Counted from the stretch's first letter, positions 1-14,996 are shown. The stretch is 64,000 nt of DNA from Eledone cirrhosa (GCA_964016885.1 OZ024759.1:7378001-7442000); one strand, 5' to 3'. A program made the numbers and translations. Notes: generated by a model from the letters alone, not told the origin.

Positions 1-525
1 ACACCACCACCACTACCACTACACCACCACCACCACACCTCCACCACCACCACTACACCACCACCACCTCCACTACACCACCACCACCACCACACCACCA
101 CTACCACTACACCACCACCACCACCACTACACCACCACCACCACACCTCCACCACCACCACTACACCACCACCACCTCCACTACACCACCACCACCTCCA
201 CTACACCACCACTACCACTACACCACCACCACCACCACTACACCACCACCACCACACCTCCACCACCACCACTACACCACCACCACCTCCACTACACCAC
301 CACCACCACCACACCACCACTACCACTACACCACCACCACCACCACTACACCACCACCACCACACCTCCACCACCACCACTACACCACCACCACCTCCAC
401 TACACCACCACCACCACCACACCACCACTACCACTACACCACCTCCACTACACCACCACACCTCCACCACCACACCTCCACCACCACCACTACACCACCA
501 CTATGCCACCACCATCACCAGTAAT
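1..525. repeat. CAC/CACTA-rich low-complexity tandem repeat
   Basis: Recurrent ACACCACCACCACTACC / ACACCTCC blocks. Confidence 0.95.
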
Positions 526-589
526 ACTGCTACTACTACTGCTCCGTGCCATGAAGGTGGTTGATGTGTAGTCAACCAAGAAAGTGGCA

Positions 590-2480
590 GTGGTGGTGCA
601 CACTACTGCAGTCTGCTCTGCTGGTCGTGGTGCAGGTGCAGCTATGTGCAGTGCTGTTGATGGTGGTGCAGTCTGCTATGTGCAGTGCTGTTGATGGTGT
701 TGGTGCAGATGCAGCTATGTGCAGTGCTGTTGATGGTGGTGGTGCAGTCTGTTATGTGCAGTGCTGTTGATGGTGGTGCAGTCTGCTATGTGCAGTGCTG
801 TTGATGGTGGTGCAGTCTGTTATGTGCAGTACTGTTGATGGTGGTGGTGCAGTGTTATGTGCAGTACTGTTGATGGTGGTGGTGCAGTCTGTTATGTGCA
901 GTACTGTTGATGGTGGTGGTGCAGTCTGCTATGTGCAGTGCTGTTGATGGTGGTAGTGCAGTCTGTTATGTGCAGTACTGTTTATGGTGGTGCAGTCTGT
1001 TATGTGCAGTGATGTTGATGGTGGTGGTGCAGTCTGCTATGTGCAGTACTGTTGATGGTGGTGGTGCAGTCTGTTATGTGCAGTACTGTTGATGGTGGTG
1101 GTGCAGTCTGCTATGTGCAGTACTGTTGATGGTGGTGGTGCAGTCTGCTATGTGCAGTGCTGTTGATGGTGGTGATGCAGTCTGCTATGTGCAGTGCTGT
1201 TGATGGTGGTGGTGCAGTCTGTTATGTGCAGTGCTGTTGATGGTGGTGATGCAGTCTGCTATGTGCAGTGCTGTTGATGGTGGTGATGCAGTCTGCTATG
1301 TGCAGTACTGTTGATGGTGGTGGTGCAGTCTGCTATGTGCAGTGCTGTTGATGGTGGTGGTGCAGTCTGTTATGTGCAGTGCTGTTGATGGTGGTGGTGC
1401 AGTCTGTTATGTGCTGTTGATGGTGGTGGTGCAGTCTGTTATGTGCAGTGATGGTGGTGGTGCAGTCTGTTATGTGCAGTGATGGTGGTGGTGCAGTCTG
1501 CTATGTGCAGTGCTGTTGATGGTGGTGATGCAGTCTGTTATGTGCAGTGATGTTGATGGTGGTGGTGCAGTCTGTTATGTGCAGTGCTGTTGATGGTGGT
1601 GGTGCAGTCTGTTATGTGCAGTGATGTTGATGGTGGTGGTGCAGTCTGTTATGTGCAGTGCTGTTGATGGTGGTGGTGCAGTCTGCTATGTGCAGTGATG
1701 TTGATGGTGGTGGTGCAGTCTGTTATGTGCAGTGATGGTGGTGGTGCAGTCTGTTATGTGCAGTGCTGTTGATGGTGGTGGTGCAGTCTGCTATGTGCAG
1801 TACTGTTTATGGTGGTGCAGTCTGTTATGTGCAGTGATGTTGATGGTGGTGGTGCAGTCTGCTATGTGCAGTGCTGTTTATGGTGGTGGTGCAGTCTGCT
1901 ATGTGCAGTACTGTTTATGGTGGTGCAGTCTGTTATGTGCAGTGATGTTGATGGTGGTGGTGCAGTCTGCTATGTGCAGTGCTGTTTATGGTGGTGGTGC
2001 AGTCTGCTATGTGCAGTACTGTTGATGGTGGTGGTGCAGTCTGTTATGTGCAGTGATGTTGATGGTGGTGGTGCAGTCTGCTACGTGCAGTGCTGTTGAT
2101 GGTGGTGCAGTCTGCTATGTGCAGTGCTGTTGATGGTGGTGGTGCAGTCTGCTATGTGCAGTACTGTTGATGGTGGTGGTGCAGTCTGTTATGTGCAGTG
2201 CTGTTGATGATGGTGGTGCAGTCTGTTATGTGCAGTGATGTTGGTGGTGCAGTCTGCTATGTGCAGTGATGGTGGTGGTGCAGTCTGTTATGTGCAGTAC
2301 TGTTGATATTGGTGGTGAAGTCTGTTATGTGCAGTGCTGTTGATGGTGGTGGTGCAGGTGCAGCTATGTGCAGTGCTGTTGATGGTGGTGGTGCAGGTGC
2401 AGCTATGTGCAGTGCTGTTGATGGTGGTGGTGCAGGTGCAGCTATGTGCAGGGCTGTTGATGATGGTGGTGCAGTGCTGC
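590..2480. repeat. 37-bp minisatellite (GTGCAGTCTGYTATGTGCAGTRCTGTTGATGGTGGTG), about 50 copies
   Basis: 37-bp period read directly, with variable GGT count. Confidence 0.95.
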
Positions 2481-2560
2481 TGTAGTTAATAGTAGTCGCC
2501 AATCTATTGTAACTGCGTAGTAAATATTTGCACGTGGAAAAGACAGGGAATCACCCAGAT

Positions 2561-4885
2561 TGTCTGTGTGTGTATATATATGTGTGTATATGTGTGTTTA
2601 TATAGAAATTGTGTGTATATATATGTGTGTGTTTATATAGAAATTGCGTGTGTATATATATGTGTGTGTTTATATAGAAATTGCATGTGTATATATGTGT
2701 GTATATGTGTGTTTATATAGAAATTGTGTGTATATATATGTGTGTGTTTATATAGAAATTGCGTGTGTATATATATGTGTGTGTTTATATAGAAATTGCA
2801 TGTGTATATATGTGTGTATATGTGTGTTTATATAGAAATTGTGTGTATATGTGTGTTTATATAGAAATTGTGTGTATATATATGTGTGTGTTTATATAGA
2901 AATTGCGTGTGTATATATATGTGTGTGTTTATATAGAAATTGTGTGTATATATATGTGTGTGTTTATATAGAAATTGTGTGTATATATATGTGTGTGTTT
3001 ATATAGAAATTGCGTGTGTATATATATGTGTGTGTTTATATAGAAATTGCATGTGTATATATGTGTGTATATGTGTGTTTATATAGAAATTGTGTGTATA
3101 TGTGTGTTTATATAGAAATTGTGTGTATATATATGTGTGTGTTTATATAGAAATTGCGTGTGTATATATATGTGTGTGTTTATATAGAAATTGTGTGTAT
3201 ATATATGTGTGTGTTTATATAGAAATTGTGTGTATATATATGTGTGTGTTTATATAGAAATTGTGTGTGTATATATGTGTGTGCTTATATAGAAATTGTG
3301 TGTGTATATACATGTGTGTGTTTATATAGAAATTGTGTGTATATATATGTGTGTTTATATAGAAATTGTGTGTATATATATATATATGTGTGTTTATATA
3401 GAAATTGTGTGTATATATATATATATGTGCGTTTATATAGAAATCATGTGTGTATATATATGTGTGTTTATCTAGAAATCATGTGTATATATGTGTGTGT
3501 TTATATAGAAATTGTGTGTGTATATATGTGTGTTTATATAGAAATCATGTGTGTATATATATGTGTGCGTGTTTATATAGAAATTGTGTGTGTATATATA
3601 TGTGTTTATATAAAAATTGTGTATATATATGTGTGTATATATATGTGTGTTTATATAGAAATTGTGTGTGTATATATATGTGTGTTTATATAGAAATCGT
3701 GTGTGTGTATATATGTGTGTGTTTATATAGAAATTGTGTGTGTGTGTATATGTGTGTGTTTATATAGAAATCATGTGTGTATATACATGTGTGTGTTTAT
3801 ATAGAAATCATGTGTGTATATATATATGTGTTTATAGAGAAATTGTGTGTATATATATGTGTGTGTTTATATAGAAATTGTGTGTGTTTATATAGAAATT
3901 GTGTGTATATATATGTGTGTGTGTATATATATATGTGTTTATATAGAAATTGTGTGTGTATATATAGAAATTGTGTGTGTATATATAGAAATTGTGTATG
4001 TATATATATGTGTGTTTATATAAAAATCGTGTGTGTATATATATATGTGTTTATATAGAAATTGTGTGTGTATATATATGTGTGTTTATATAGAAATTGT
4101 GTGTGTATATGTGTGTGTGTTTATATAGAAATTGTGTGTGTATATATATATGTGTGTTTGTATAGAAATTGTGTGTGTATATATATGTGTGTGTTTATAT
4201 AGAAATTGTGTGTGTATATGTGTGTGTGTTTATATAGAAATTGTGTGTGTATATATATGTGTGTTTATATAGAAATTGTGTGTGTATATGTGTGTGTGTT
4301 TATATAGAAATTGTGTGTGTATATATATGTGTGTGTTTATATAGAAATTGTGTGTATATATATGTGTGTTTATATAGAAATCATGTGTGTATATATATGT
4401 GTGTGTTTATATAGAAATTGTGTGTGTATATATATGTGTGTGTTTATATAGAAATTGTGTGTATATATATATGTGTGTGTTTATATAGAAATTGTGTGTA
4501 TATATGTGTGTTTATATAGAAATTGTGTGTGTGTATGTTTCTATATATATATGTATATGCATGTGTGTATATATGTGTGTGTGTATGTTTCTATGTATAT
4601 ATATGTATATGCATGTGTGTGTTTATATATTGTGTGTATTTGTGTCTATATAAATGTCTATGTGTATATTTGTGCATGTGTGTGTTTATAAATGTGTTTG
4701 TATCTATGTGTATGTTTGTGTGTGTATATATATATGTGTGTGTGTCTATAAATGTGTGTTTGTATATATGTATATATATATACATATGTGTGTGTGTCTG
4801 TGTGTTTATATATTTATATATAATGTGTTTACATATAAATATGTGTGTGTTTGCTGACACACACACACACATACATATATACATG
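2561..4885. repeat. Compound (TG)/(TA) microsatellite with TTTATATAGAAATT anchor
   Basis: Anchor recurs every ~28-45 bp, then decays to TG/TA. Confidence 0.95.
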
Positions 4886-4952
4886 CGTATATGTCTACTC
4901 TCGGCTTCCAAATAATGGGGTGTGTTGTGGAAAATCATTGATTTTTCTAGGT

Positions 4953-5141
4953 ACGGTGGACTGGCAGTATCGGTAGAGGGTCGGACGCCATGCTTTGACA
5001 CATAGAGTTACGGCCCTTGCCATTCTGAGTTCAAATCCCGCCGAGGTTAACTTTGCCTTTCATCCTTACGGGGTCGATAAAATAAAGTACCAGTAATGCA
5101 CTGGGTAATTGCTGGTCTTGTGCCAAAAGTAGAAACAATTA
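4953..5141 (+). mobile_element. tRNA-derived SINE, family A
   Basis: Box A TGGCAGTATCGG, box B GAGTTCAAATCC, central GCCTTTCATCCTTACGGGGTCGATAAAATAAAGTACCAG. TSD ATTTTTCTAGGT at 4941 and 5142. Confidence 0.9.
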
Positions 5142-5249
5142 ATTTTTCTAGGTTGCCTCCATTGATTTTTTTTTAAAAACCAGAATTAGTCATTTAGTTT
5201 ACATATTGAGACCCCAATCCATCCTATTTATTTTATAGTGTATGGGATT

Positions 5250-5610
5250 TCATCATCATCATCATCACCGTTTTACGTCCGTTCTTCCACGCTAACATGG
5301 GTTAGACGGGTTGTCCTGTTGTGGGCAGTGTCCGGTTGGCTTGATTTCTACAGCTGGATGCCCTTCCTAACAGCAACCTCATTTACAGTGAGTGCTGGGT
5401 GTTTTTTTACCGTGGCACCTCCACGACCACTTTGCAGTGGAATGATAGGGACCCCAGTCCCTATCATCTCATTTCTACAGCTGAGTAAACTGGAGCGATG
5501 TGAAATAAAGTGTCTTGCTCAAGGAAACAACACATCACCCGGTCTGAGAATTGAACTCACAACCTTTTGATTACAAGGCCAATGCTCTAACCACTAAGCC
5601 ATGTACCTTC
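5250..5610 (-). mobile_element. Composite SINE, family B (tRNA head, CORE-like part, RTE-like tail)
   Basis: Reverse complement of the copies at 9967, 23517 and 31019; ends in (GAT)n. Confidence 0.85.
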
Positions 5611-5750
5611 ACTAGTAAGGTATTTTTTTTTGTCATGTGTAATGCTTTTTAATGTAGAAAGAAAATTAATTGTTGCTGGAATTCTACGACTTATCAACGT
5701 CCTGTACCACATGAAATCACAATAAACAAGACATTCTTGAAAAAAATCAG

Positions 5751-6499
5751 AACAACACTATGGCTGTATCACATTAAATATTAAAGTCTTTACTGTAATA
5801 CTGTAAATGTTCACAACAATCTGTCTACCAGTAAAGATACTATAAACATTTAGTACAAAACAACACTATGACTGTATCACATTAAATATTAAAGTCTTTA
5901 CTGTAATACTGTAAATATACTCAACAATCTGTCTACTAGTAAAGATACTATAAACATTTAGTACAAAACAACACTATGACTACATCACATTAAATATTAA
6001 AGTCTTTACTGTAATACTGTAAATTTTCACAACAATCTGTCCACCAGTAAAGATACTATAAACATTTAGTACAAAACAACACTATGACTACATCACATTA
6101 AATATTACAGTCTTTACTGTAATACTGTAAATATTCACAACAATCTGTCCACCAGTAAAGATACTATAAACATTTAGTACAAAACAACACTATGACTACA
6201 TCACATTAAATATTAAAGTCTTTACTGTAATACTGTAAATGTTCACAACAATCTGTCCACCAGTAAAGATACTATAAACATTTAGTACAAAACAACACTA
6301 TGACTACATCACATTAAATATTACAGTCTTTACTGTAATACTGTAAATATTCACAACAATCTGTCCACCAGTAAAGATACTATAAACATTTAGTACAAAA
6401 CAACACTATGACTACATCACATTAAATATTAAAGTATTTACTGTAATACTGTAAATATTCACAACAATCTGTCCACTAGTAAAGATACTATAAACATTT
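5751..6499. repeat. 108-bp AT-rich tandem repeat, about 7 copies
   Basis: AACAACACTATG recurs at 5751, 5859 and onward with a 108-bp period. Confidence 0.95.
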
Positions 6500-6944
6500 G
6501 AATTAACAAACTCCTTTTATATATTTTCTGCCAAATCATTCCATGATTGTTTAGGAATTGATAAAAAAACAAACAGGTGTTGGTGTGAGGAAGGAGATCC
6601 AGTGTTGGTGCAAGGAGGGGCATTCAATGTTGTTGTAAGGAAGGGCATCCAGTACTAGATTTCCACCTCAAAATATCTTATCCAACCCATGCCAACATGT
6701 TAAAAAAAATGATGTAAACTTAATATCTCTGACCTCTTTTTATTAAACAAAGGAAGTGGCCTTGTTGCTATATTTAACCCTGCTATGAAACATGTCCCTC
6801 CAGCCCATTTATTGTGACGGGAGTTACTCCTATATCTCTGATATGAAACATGTACTTCTAACCACTTTTATTAAACAATGAAAAGGCTACTCACTACTAT
6901 ATTTAGCTCTGCTTGTTGACCCCAGTCCTGCTATTATTATTACA

Positions 6945-7400
6945 CAGAATCAGTAGAGCGTTGAACAAATATTTTGTGGTATTTGTTCAATCTCTTTCAT
7001 CAGAGTTCAAATCCCACCGAGGTCAACTTTGTCTTTCAGCCTTCTGAGGTCAACAAAATAAAGTACCTGTAAAGTACTGGGGTTATTGAAATCAACTGTC
7101 CCCCTCCCTTCTCAAAATTAGGAATCTTTATTATTTCAGCAAAGGTACTAAATCGGTAGAGCGTCGGAAAACATTCTAAGTTCAAATCGTGCCGAGGTCA
7201 ACTTTACCTTTCAGCCTTACGTGAATCTATAAAATAAAGCACCAGTAATGTACTGGGGTTGATTTAATCAACTTGCCTCTCCCCCAAATTGTTGGCTTTG
7301 TGTCTAAATCAGAAACCACTATTATTGTACAATAAAGTACCAGTAACGCATTGGGATCAATTTACCCCCCCCCCCATCCCCCACAATCAGAAGCAATTAT
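6945..7400 (+). mobile_element. Cluster of degraded family A SINEs
   Basis: GAGTTCAAATC and AAATAAAGTACC motifs repeated. Confidence 0.75.
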
Positions 7401-7702
7401 TATTTCAATCAAGTGATGATTGAGTATGGTCTCTTGCTTGGGGATCTAGCCGGATCAATTGGAGACAGTTGCTTCTGACAGGACCCACTGGAAGGAGGGT
7501 TTGAGGACTCTACCCTCACTAGGGCTCTTCCAGGAATAGGTGGGCAAAGAAGAGCAAGAAAAGGATAACACTGTCAGCGGTAAAAAATAAAAGTTGAATA
7601 ATACATTTGTATTTTGTAAGGATGTATTTGTGATAATTTATGATAATTATAGAAGTCCCATGCCAGCATACCCCACAACTGGGGCTGGTTTTAAGTGTGC
7701 AT

Positions 7703-8780
7703 GTGTCAGTAGGACCCTAATAAAACCCCTTCCCCTTCCAGTGTGTGTCTTTCTGTCAGTAGGACCCTAATAAGGTCCCTTCCTCTTCCAGTGTGTGTCT
7801 TTCTGTCAGTAGGACCCTAATAAAACCCCTTCCCCTTCCAGTGTGTGTCTTTCTGTCAGTAGGACCCTAATAAGGTCCCTTCCTCTTCCAGTGTGTGTCT
7901 TTCTGTCAGTAGGACCCTAATAAAACCCCTTCCCCTTCCAGTGTGTGTCTTTCTGTCAGTAGGACCCTAATAAGGTCCCTTCCTCTTCCAGTGTGTGTAT
8001 TTCTGTCAGTAGGACCCTAATAAAACCCCTTCCACTTTCAGTGTGTGTCTTTCTGTCAGTAGGACCCTAATAAGGTCCCTTCCAGTGTGTCTTTCTGTCA
8101 GTAGGACCCTAATAAAACCCCTTCCTCTTCCAGTGTGTGTCTTTCTGTCAATAGGACCCTAATAAGGTCCCTTCCTCTTCCAGTGTGTGTCTTTCTGTCA
8201 GTAGGACCCTAATAAAACCCCTTCCCCTTCCAGTGTGTGTATTTCTGTCAGTAGGACCCTAATAAGGTCCCTTCCTCTTCCAGTGTGTGTCTTTCTGTCA
8301 GTAGGACCCTAATAAAACCCCTTCCCCTTCCAGTGTGTGTCTTTCTGTCAGTAGGACCCTAATAAGGTCCCTTCCTCTTCCAGTGTGTGTATTTCTGTCA
8401 GTAGGACCCTAATAAAACCCCTTCCACTTTCAGTGTGTGTCTTTCTGTCAGTAGGACCCTAATAAGGTCCCTTCCAGTGTGTCTTTCTGTCAGTAGGACC
8501 CTAATAAAACCCCTTCCTCTTCCAGTGTGTGTCTTTCTGTCAATAGGACCCTAATAAGGTCCCTTCCTCTTCCAGTGTGTGTCTTTCTGTCAGTAGGACC
8601 CTAATAAAACCCCTTCCCCTTCCAGTGTGTGTCTTTCTGTCAGTAGGACCCTAATAAGGTCCCTTCCTCTTCCAGTGTGTGTATTTCTGTCAGTAGGACC
8701 CTAATAAAAATCCCCTCCCCTTCCAGTATGTGTCTTTCTGTCAGTAGGACCCTAATAAGGTCCCTTCCCCTTCCAGTGTC
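7703..8780. repeat. 50-bp minisatellite with alternating A/B monomers
   Basis: GTGTGTGTCTTTCTGTCAGTAGGACCCTAATAA followed alternately by AACCCCTTCCCC or GGTCCCTTCCTC. Confidence 0.95.
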
Positions 8781-8814
8781 TGTCCTATCTGGCACACCAA
8801 CAGGAGGCATGCTA

Positions 8815-9181
8815 CACAAGACCCCTACCCCTCCACAAGACCCCTACCCCTCCACAAGACCCCTACCTCTCCTGTCTCCACAAGGCCCTACCCCTCCACA
8901 AGACCCCTACCTCTCCTGTCTCCACAAGACCCCTCCCCCTCCACAAGACCCCTACCTCCCCTGTCTCCACAAGACCCCTACCTCTCCACAAGATCCCTAC
9001 CTCTCCTGTCTCCACAAGACCACTCCCCCTCCACAAGACCCCCACCTCTCCTGTCACCACAAAACCCCCCTACAAGACCCCTACCTCTCCTGTCGCCACA
9101 AGACCCCTACCTCTCCTGTCTCCACAAGACCCCTACCCCTCCTGTCTCCACAAGACCCCTACCCCTCCTGTCGCCACAAGA
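8815..9181. repeat. CCACAAGACCCCTAC(CTCTCCTGTCT) minisatellite
   Basis: Mixed ~17 and ~26-bp units. Confidence 0.9.
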
Positions 9182-9431
9182 CGTTAAGCCAGGTATTTAG
9201 GTCAACAGCTGATATGTACTACAGGACCCCATGGTCAACTTAAAATAAAACCTTCCTGCCTACAACTAGTAGTAATAGTAGTGGTGGTGGTGGTGGTTAT
9301 CGTAGTAACAGTAGTAGCAGTTAGTAAGAGGTAGTAGTAACAGCTGTAGTAGTAGTAGCAGCAGTACTAGTAGTAGTAGCAGCAGTAGTACTAGTAGTAG
9401 TAGTAGTAGCAGCAATAGTAGTAGTAGTAGA

Positions 9432-10277
9432 AGGTACATGGCTTAGTGGTTAGAGCATTGGGCTTACAATAGTGAGGTTGTGAGTTCAATTCTCAGACCG
9501 GGTGATGTGTTGTGTCCTTGAGCAAGACACTTTATTTCACATTGCTCCAGTTTACTCAGCTGTAGAGTTGTGACGTCACTGGTACCAAGCTGTATCAGCC
9601 ATTGCTTTTCCCTTGGACAACGTCATATATAGTGTATATATAATGTATATAGTGTATATACAGTGTATATATAATGTATATATAGTGTATATATAGTGTA
9701 TATATAATGTATATATAGTGTATATATAATGTATATACAGTGTATATATAATGTATATACAGTGTATATGTAGTGTATATATAATGTATATATAGTGTAT
9801 ATATAATGTATATATAGTGTATATATAATGTATATAATGTATATACAGTGTATATATAGTGTATATATAATGTATATACAGTGTATATATAATGTATATA
9901 ATGTATATACAGTGTATATATAGTGTATATATAATGTATATAGTGTATATACAGTGTATATATTATGGAGGCACATGGCTTAGTGGTTAGAGCATTGGCC
10001 TTGCAATCGAAAGGTTGTGAGTTCAATTCTCAGACCAGGTGGTGTGTTGTTTCCTTGAGCAAGACCCTTTATTTCACATTGCTCCAGTTTACTCAGCTGT
10101 AGAAATGAGATGATAGGGACTGGGGTCCCTATCATTCCACTGCAAAGTGGTCGTGGAGGTGCAAAAAAGCACCCAGCACTCACTGTAAATGAGGTTGGTG
10201 TTAGGAAGGACATCCAGCTGTAGAAATCAAGCCAGAATCAGTTCCCGTCCCACCCTTGCAAGCAGGGAAAAGTGGTT
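9432..10277 (+). mobile_element. Two family B SINE copies (9432-9624, 9967-10277) separated by a TATAGTGTA microsatellite
   Basis: Head GGCTTAGTGGTTAGAGC...GAGTTCAATTCTC, CORE-like CCTTGAGCAAGACACTTT. Confidence 0.85.
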
Positions 10278-10790
10278 TGTGTATATATAATGTATATATA
10301 GTGTATATATAATGTATATAGTGTATATATAGTATATATAGTGTATATAAAGTGTATATAGTGTATATAGTGTATATACAGTGTATATACAGTGTATATA
10401 CAGTGTATATAGTGTATATACAGTATATATACAGTGTATATATAGTGGATATACAGTGTATATATAGTGTATATATAGTGGATATACAGTGTATATATAA
10501 TGTATATATAGTGTATATATAGTGTATATATAGTGTATATATAGTGTATATAGTGTATATATAGTGTATATATAGTGTATATATAGTGTATATATGGTGT
10601 ATATATAATGTATATATGGTGTATATATAATGTATATATAGTGTATATACAATGTATATATAGTGTATATATAGTGTATATACAGTGTATAAATTATGTA
10701 TATACAGTGTATAAATTATGTATATATAGTGTATATATAGTGTATATATATAGTGTATATACAGTGTATATATAGCGTATATATGAGATA

Positions 10791-13465
10791 CGATGTCACT
10801 GGTGTCAAGCAGTATCAGCCATTGTCTTTCCATTGGAGATCATCGGTGGTGTGGAGAGGAGACTGGTATATATGGGGGACTACTGGTGTTACACAAACCT
10901 TGGACATCATCGGTGGTGTGGAGAGGAGAGACTGGTATATATGGGGGAGTACTGGTCTTACACAAACCTTGGACATCATCGGTGGTGTGGAGAGGAGAGA
11001 CTGGTATATATGGGGGAGTACTGGTCTTACACAAACCTTGGACATCATCGGTGGTGTGGAGAGGAGAGACTGGTATATATAGGGGACTACTGGTCTTACA
11101 CAAACCTTGGACATCATCAGTGGTGTGGAGAGGAGAGACTGGTATATATGGGGGAGTACTGGTCTTACACAAACCTTGGACATCATCAGTGGTGTGGAGA
11201 GGAGACTGGTATATATGGGAGACTACTGGTCTTACACAAACCTTGGACATCATCGGTGGTGTGGAGAGTAGTCTGGTATATATGGGGGACTACTGGTCTT
11301 ACATAAACCTTGGACATCATCGGTGGTGTGGAGAGGAGAGACTGGTATATATGGGAGACTACTGGTCTTACATAAACCTTGGACATCATCGGTGGTGTGG
11401 AGAGGAGAGACTGGTATATATGGGGGACTACTGGTCTTACATAAACCTTGGACATCATCGGTGGTGTGGAGAGGAGAGACTGGTATATATGGGGGACTAC
11501 TGGTCTTACGCAAACCTTGGACATCATCGGTGGTGTGGAGAGGAGAGACTGGTATATATGGGGGACTACTGGTCTTACATAAACCTTGGACATCATCGGT
11601 GGTGTGGAGAGGAGAGACTGGTATATATGGGGGACTACTGGTCTTACGCAAACCTTGGACATCATCGGTGGTGTGGAGAGGAGAGACTGGTATATATGGG
11701 GGACTACTGGTCTTACACAAACCTTGGACATCATCGGTGGTGTGGAGAGGAGAGACTGGTATATATGGGAGGCTACTGGTCTTACACAAACCTTGGACAT
11801 GATCGGTGGTGTGGAGAGGAGAGACTGGTATATATGGGGGACTACTGGTCTTACACAAACCTTGGACATCATCGCTGGTGTGGAGAGGAGACTGGTATAT
11901 ATGGGCGACTACTGGTCTTACATAAACCTTGGACATCATTGGTGGTGTGGAGAGGAGACTGGTATATATGGGGGACTACTGGTCTTACACAAACCTTGGA
12001 CATCATTGGTGGTGTGGAGAGGAGAGACTGGTATATATGGGAGACTACTGGTCTTACATAAACCTTGGACATCATCGGTGCTGTGGAGAGGAGAGGAGAG
12101 ACTGGTATATATGGGGGACTACTGGTCTTACACAAACCTTGGACATCGTCGGTGGTGTGGAGAGGAGACTGGTATATATGGGAGACTACTGGTCTTACAC
12201 AAACCTTGGACATCATTGGTGGTGTGGAGAGGAGAGACTGGTATATATGGGGGACTACTGGTCTTACACAAACCTTGGACATCATCGGTGCTGTGGAGAG
12301 GAGAGGAGAGACTGGTATATATGGGGGACTACTGGTCTTACACAAACCTTGGACATCGTCGGTGGTGTGGAGAGGAGACTGGTATATATGGGAGACTACT
12401 GGTCTTACATAAACCTTGGACATCATCGGTGGTGTGGAGAGGAGAGACTGGTATATCTGGGAGACTACTGGTCTTACATAAACCTTGGACATCATTGGTG
12501 GTGTGGAGAGGAGAGACTGGTATATATGGGAGACTACTGGTCTTACACAAACCTTGGACATCATTGGTGTGGAGAGGAGAGACTGGTATATATGGGGGAC
12601 TACTGGTCTTACACAAACCTTGGACATTATCAGTAGTGTAGAGAGGAGAGACTGGTATATATGGGAGACTACTGGTCTTACATAAACCTTGGACATCATC
12701 GGTGGTGTGGAGAGGAGAGACTGGTATATCTGGGAGACTACTGGTCTTACATAAACCTTGGACATCATCGGTGGTGTGGAGAGGAGAGACTGGTATATAT
12801 GGGAGACTAGTGGTCTTACACAAACCTTGGACATCATCGGTGGTGTGGAGAGGAGAGACTGGTATATATGGGAGACTAGTGGTCTTACATAAACCTTGGA
12901 CATCATCGGTGGTGTGGAGAGGAGAGACTGGTATATATGGGGAACTACTGGTCTTACATAAACATTGGACATCGTCGGTGGTGCGGAGAGGAGAGACTGG
13001 TATATATGGGAGACTAGTGGTCTTACACAAACCTTGGACATCATCGGTGGTGTGGAGAGGAGAGACTGGTATATATGGGAGACTAGTGGTCTTACATAAA
13101 CCTTGGACATCATTGGTGGTGTGGAGAGGAGAGACTGGTATATATGGGAGACTACTGGTCTTACACAAACCTTGGACATCATTGGTGGTGTGGAGAGGAG
13201 AGACTGGTATATATGGGAGAGTAATGGTCTTACACAAACCTTGGACATCATTGGTGGTGTGGAGAGGAGAGACTGGTATCTATGGGAGACTACTGGTCTT
13301 ACACAAACCTTGGACATCATCGGTGGTGTGGAGAGGAGAGGAGAGACTTTTTATATATGGGGGACTACTGGTCTTACACAAACATTGCCTGGACTTCTGC
13401 CTCGGAGGGAAACTTTCTAGGTGCAAATCCCATGGTCACCCGTGACCACAGGGGGGGGGGTCTTC
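10791..13465 (+). repeat. SINE body expanded by a 69-bp tandem array (about 37 copies, 10840-13380)
   Basis: Entry GTCACTGGTGTCAAGCAGTATCAGCCATTG matches the SINE body at 9576-9620. Unit CCTTGGACATCATCGGTGGTGTGGAGAGGAGAGACTGGTATATATGGGGGACTACTGGTCTTACACAAA. Confidence 0.9.
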
Positions 13466-13609
13466 GAGTAGTAGTAGTATTAATAGTAGTAGTAGTAGTT
13501 AGTAAGAAGTAGTAGTAGCAGCAGCAGGGGATGCGGCTCAGGGGCAGAATTACTTTAAATTTAAATTCTATTTTTGAAATCTCTCTCCTTCTCTATCTCT
13601 GTCTGTCTC

Positions 13610-14558
13610 CATACAAACACACACATACACTACACACACACTATACACAAACACTACACACACACACATACACTACACACACACTATACACATACACTAC
13701 ACACATACACTACACACACACTATATACGCACACTATATACACACACTATACACTACACAAACACTACACACACACTATACACTACACAAACACTACACA
13801 CACACTATACACTACACAAACACTACACACACACTATACACACACACTATACACACACACTATACACACACACTACACACATACACTACACACATACACT
13901 ACACACACACTATACACACACACTATACACACTACACACACACTCTACACACACACTATATACACACACTATACACACACACTATACACACACTACACAC
14001 TACACACACACTATATACACACACTATACACACTATACACACACTATATACACACACTATACACACACTATACACACACATTATACACACACATACACAC
14101 ACACTATACACACACACTATATATACACACTATACACACACACACTATACACACACACTATACACACACTATACACACACACTATACACACACACTATAC
14201 ACACACTATACACACACGCACACTACACACACACACTATACACACACACTACACACACACACTATACACACATACACACACACTATACACACACACTATA
14301 TACACACACACTATACACACACTATATACACACACTATACAGACACACTATACACACAATACACACACTATACACACACACACACACTATACACACACAC
14401 AAACATACACTATTCACACACACTACACACACACACTATACACACACACTATACACACACTATACACACACGCACTATACACGCACACAAACATACACTA
14501 TTCACACATACTACACACACGCACTATACACGCACTATACACACACTATACGCACACG
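13610..14558. repeat. (CA)/(TATACAC) microsatellite
   Basis: Direct inspection. Confidence 0.95.
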
Positions 14559-14793
14559 TGTAAATGTGGTTGGTGTTAGGAAGGGCATCCAGCTGTAGAA
14601 AACCCGCCAGACAGTCCTATACGAGCAAGACAATCACTCTTGCCTCAAGTGGGAAATACCCCCGTCCAAACCCATGCAAGCGTGGAACACGGACGTTAAA
14701 CGTTGATAATGATGATGATGATGATGTGTGAGTATAGTGTGGTTCTGTAAAATATATAAATAGTTAATTAAAAATACTTGCTCAAGACATTAA

Positions 14794-14996
14794 CCCTTTA
14801 ACATTTACATTACTCAATATTTACTGTTGTATTTTCATGGTAAAGGCTTTACCTCTCAAAATTCTCACAAGATTTTGATATTACTTATTTTGAGAACAAT
14901 ACCTTAACGTCAGTATGAGTGGCCAGTTACAGCTGGTTTGAACAGAAAGAGGTGAGAGAATTCTGGCTGGATATGGCTGGTTTAAATGCTAAAGGG
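14794..14996 (+). mobile_element. piggyBac-like MITE
   Basis: TTAA|CCCTTTA...TAAAGGG|TTAA. Related copies at 19608-19785 (partial), 20313-20520 (reverse) and 59703-59923. Confidence 0.8.

Noticed and set aside
1-2480. Telomeric or telomere-associated repeat
   Set aside because: No TTAGGG arrays; these are ordinary GGT-rich minisatellites of opposite polarity.
4953-5060. tRNA genes
   Set aside because: Box A/B belong to SINE heads; there is no cloverleaf.
10793-13445. Long ORFs (up to 483 aa) on both strands
   Set aside because: These are translations of the 69-bp array; open frames follow from the unit length being a multiple of 3.
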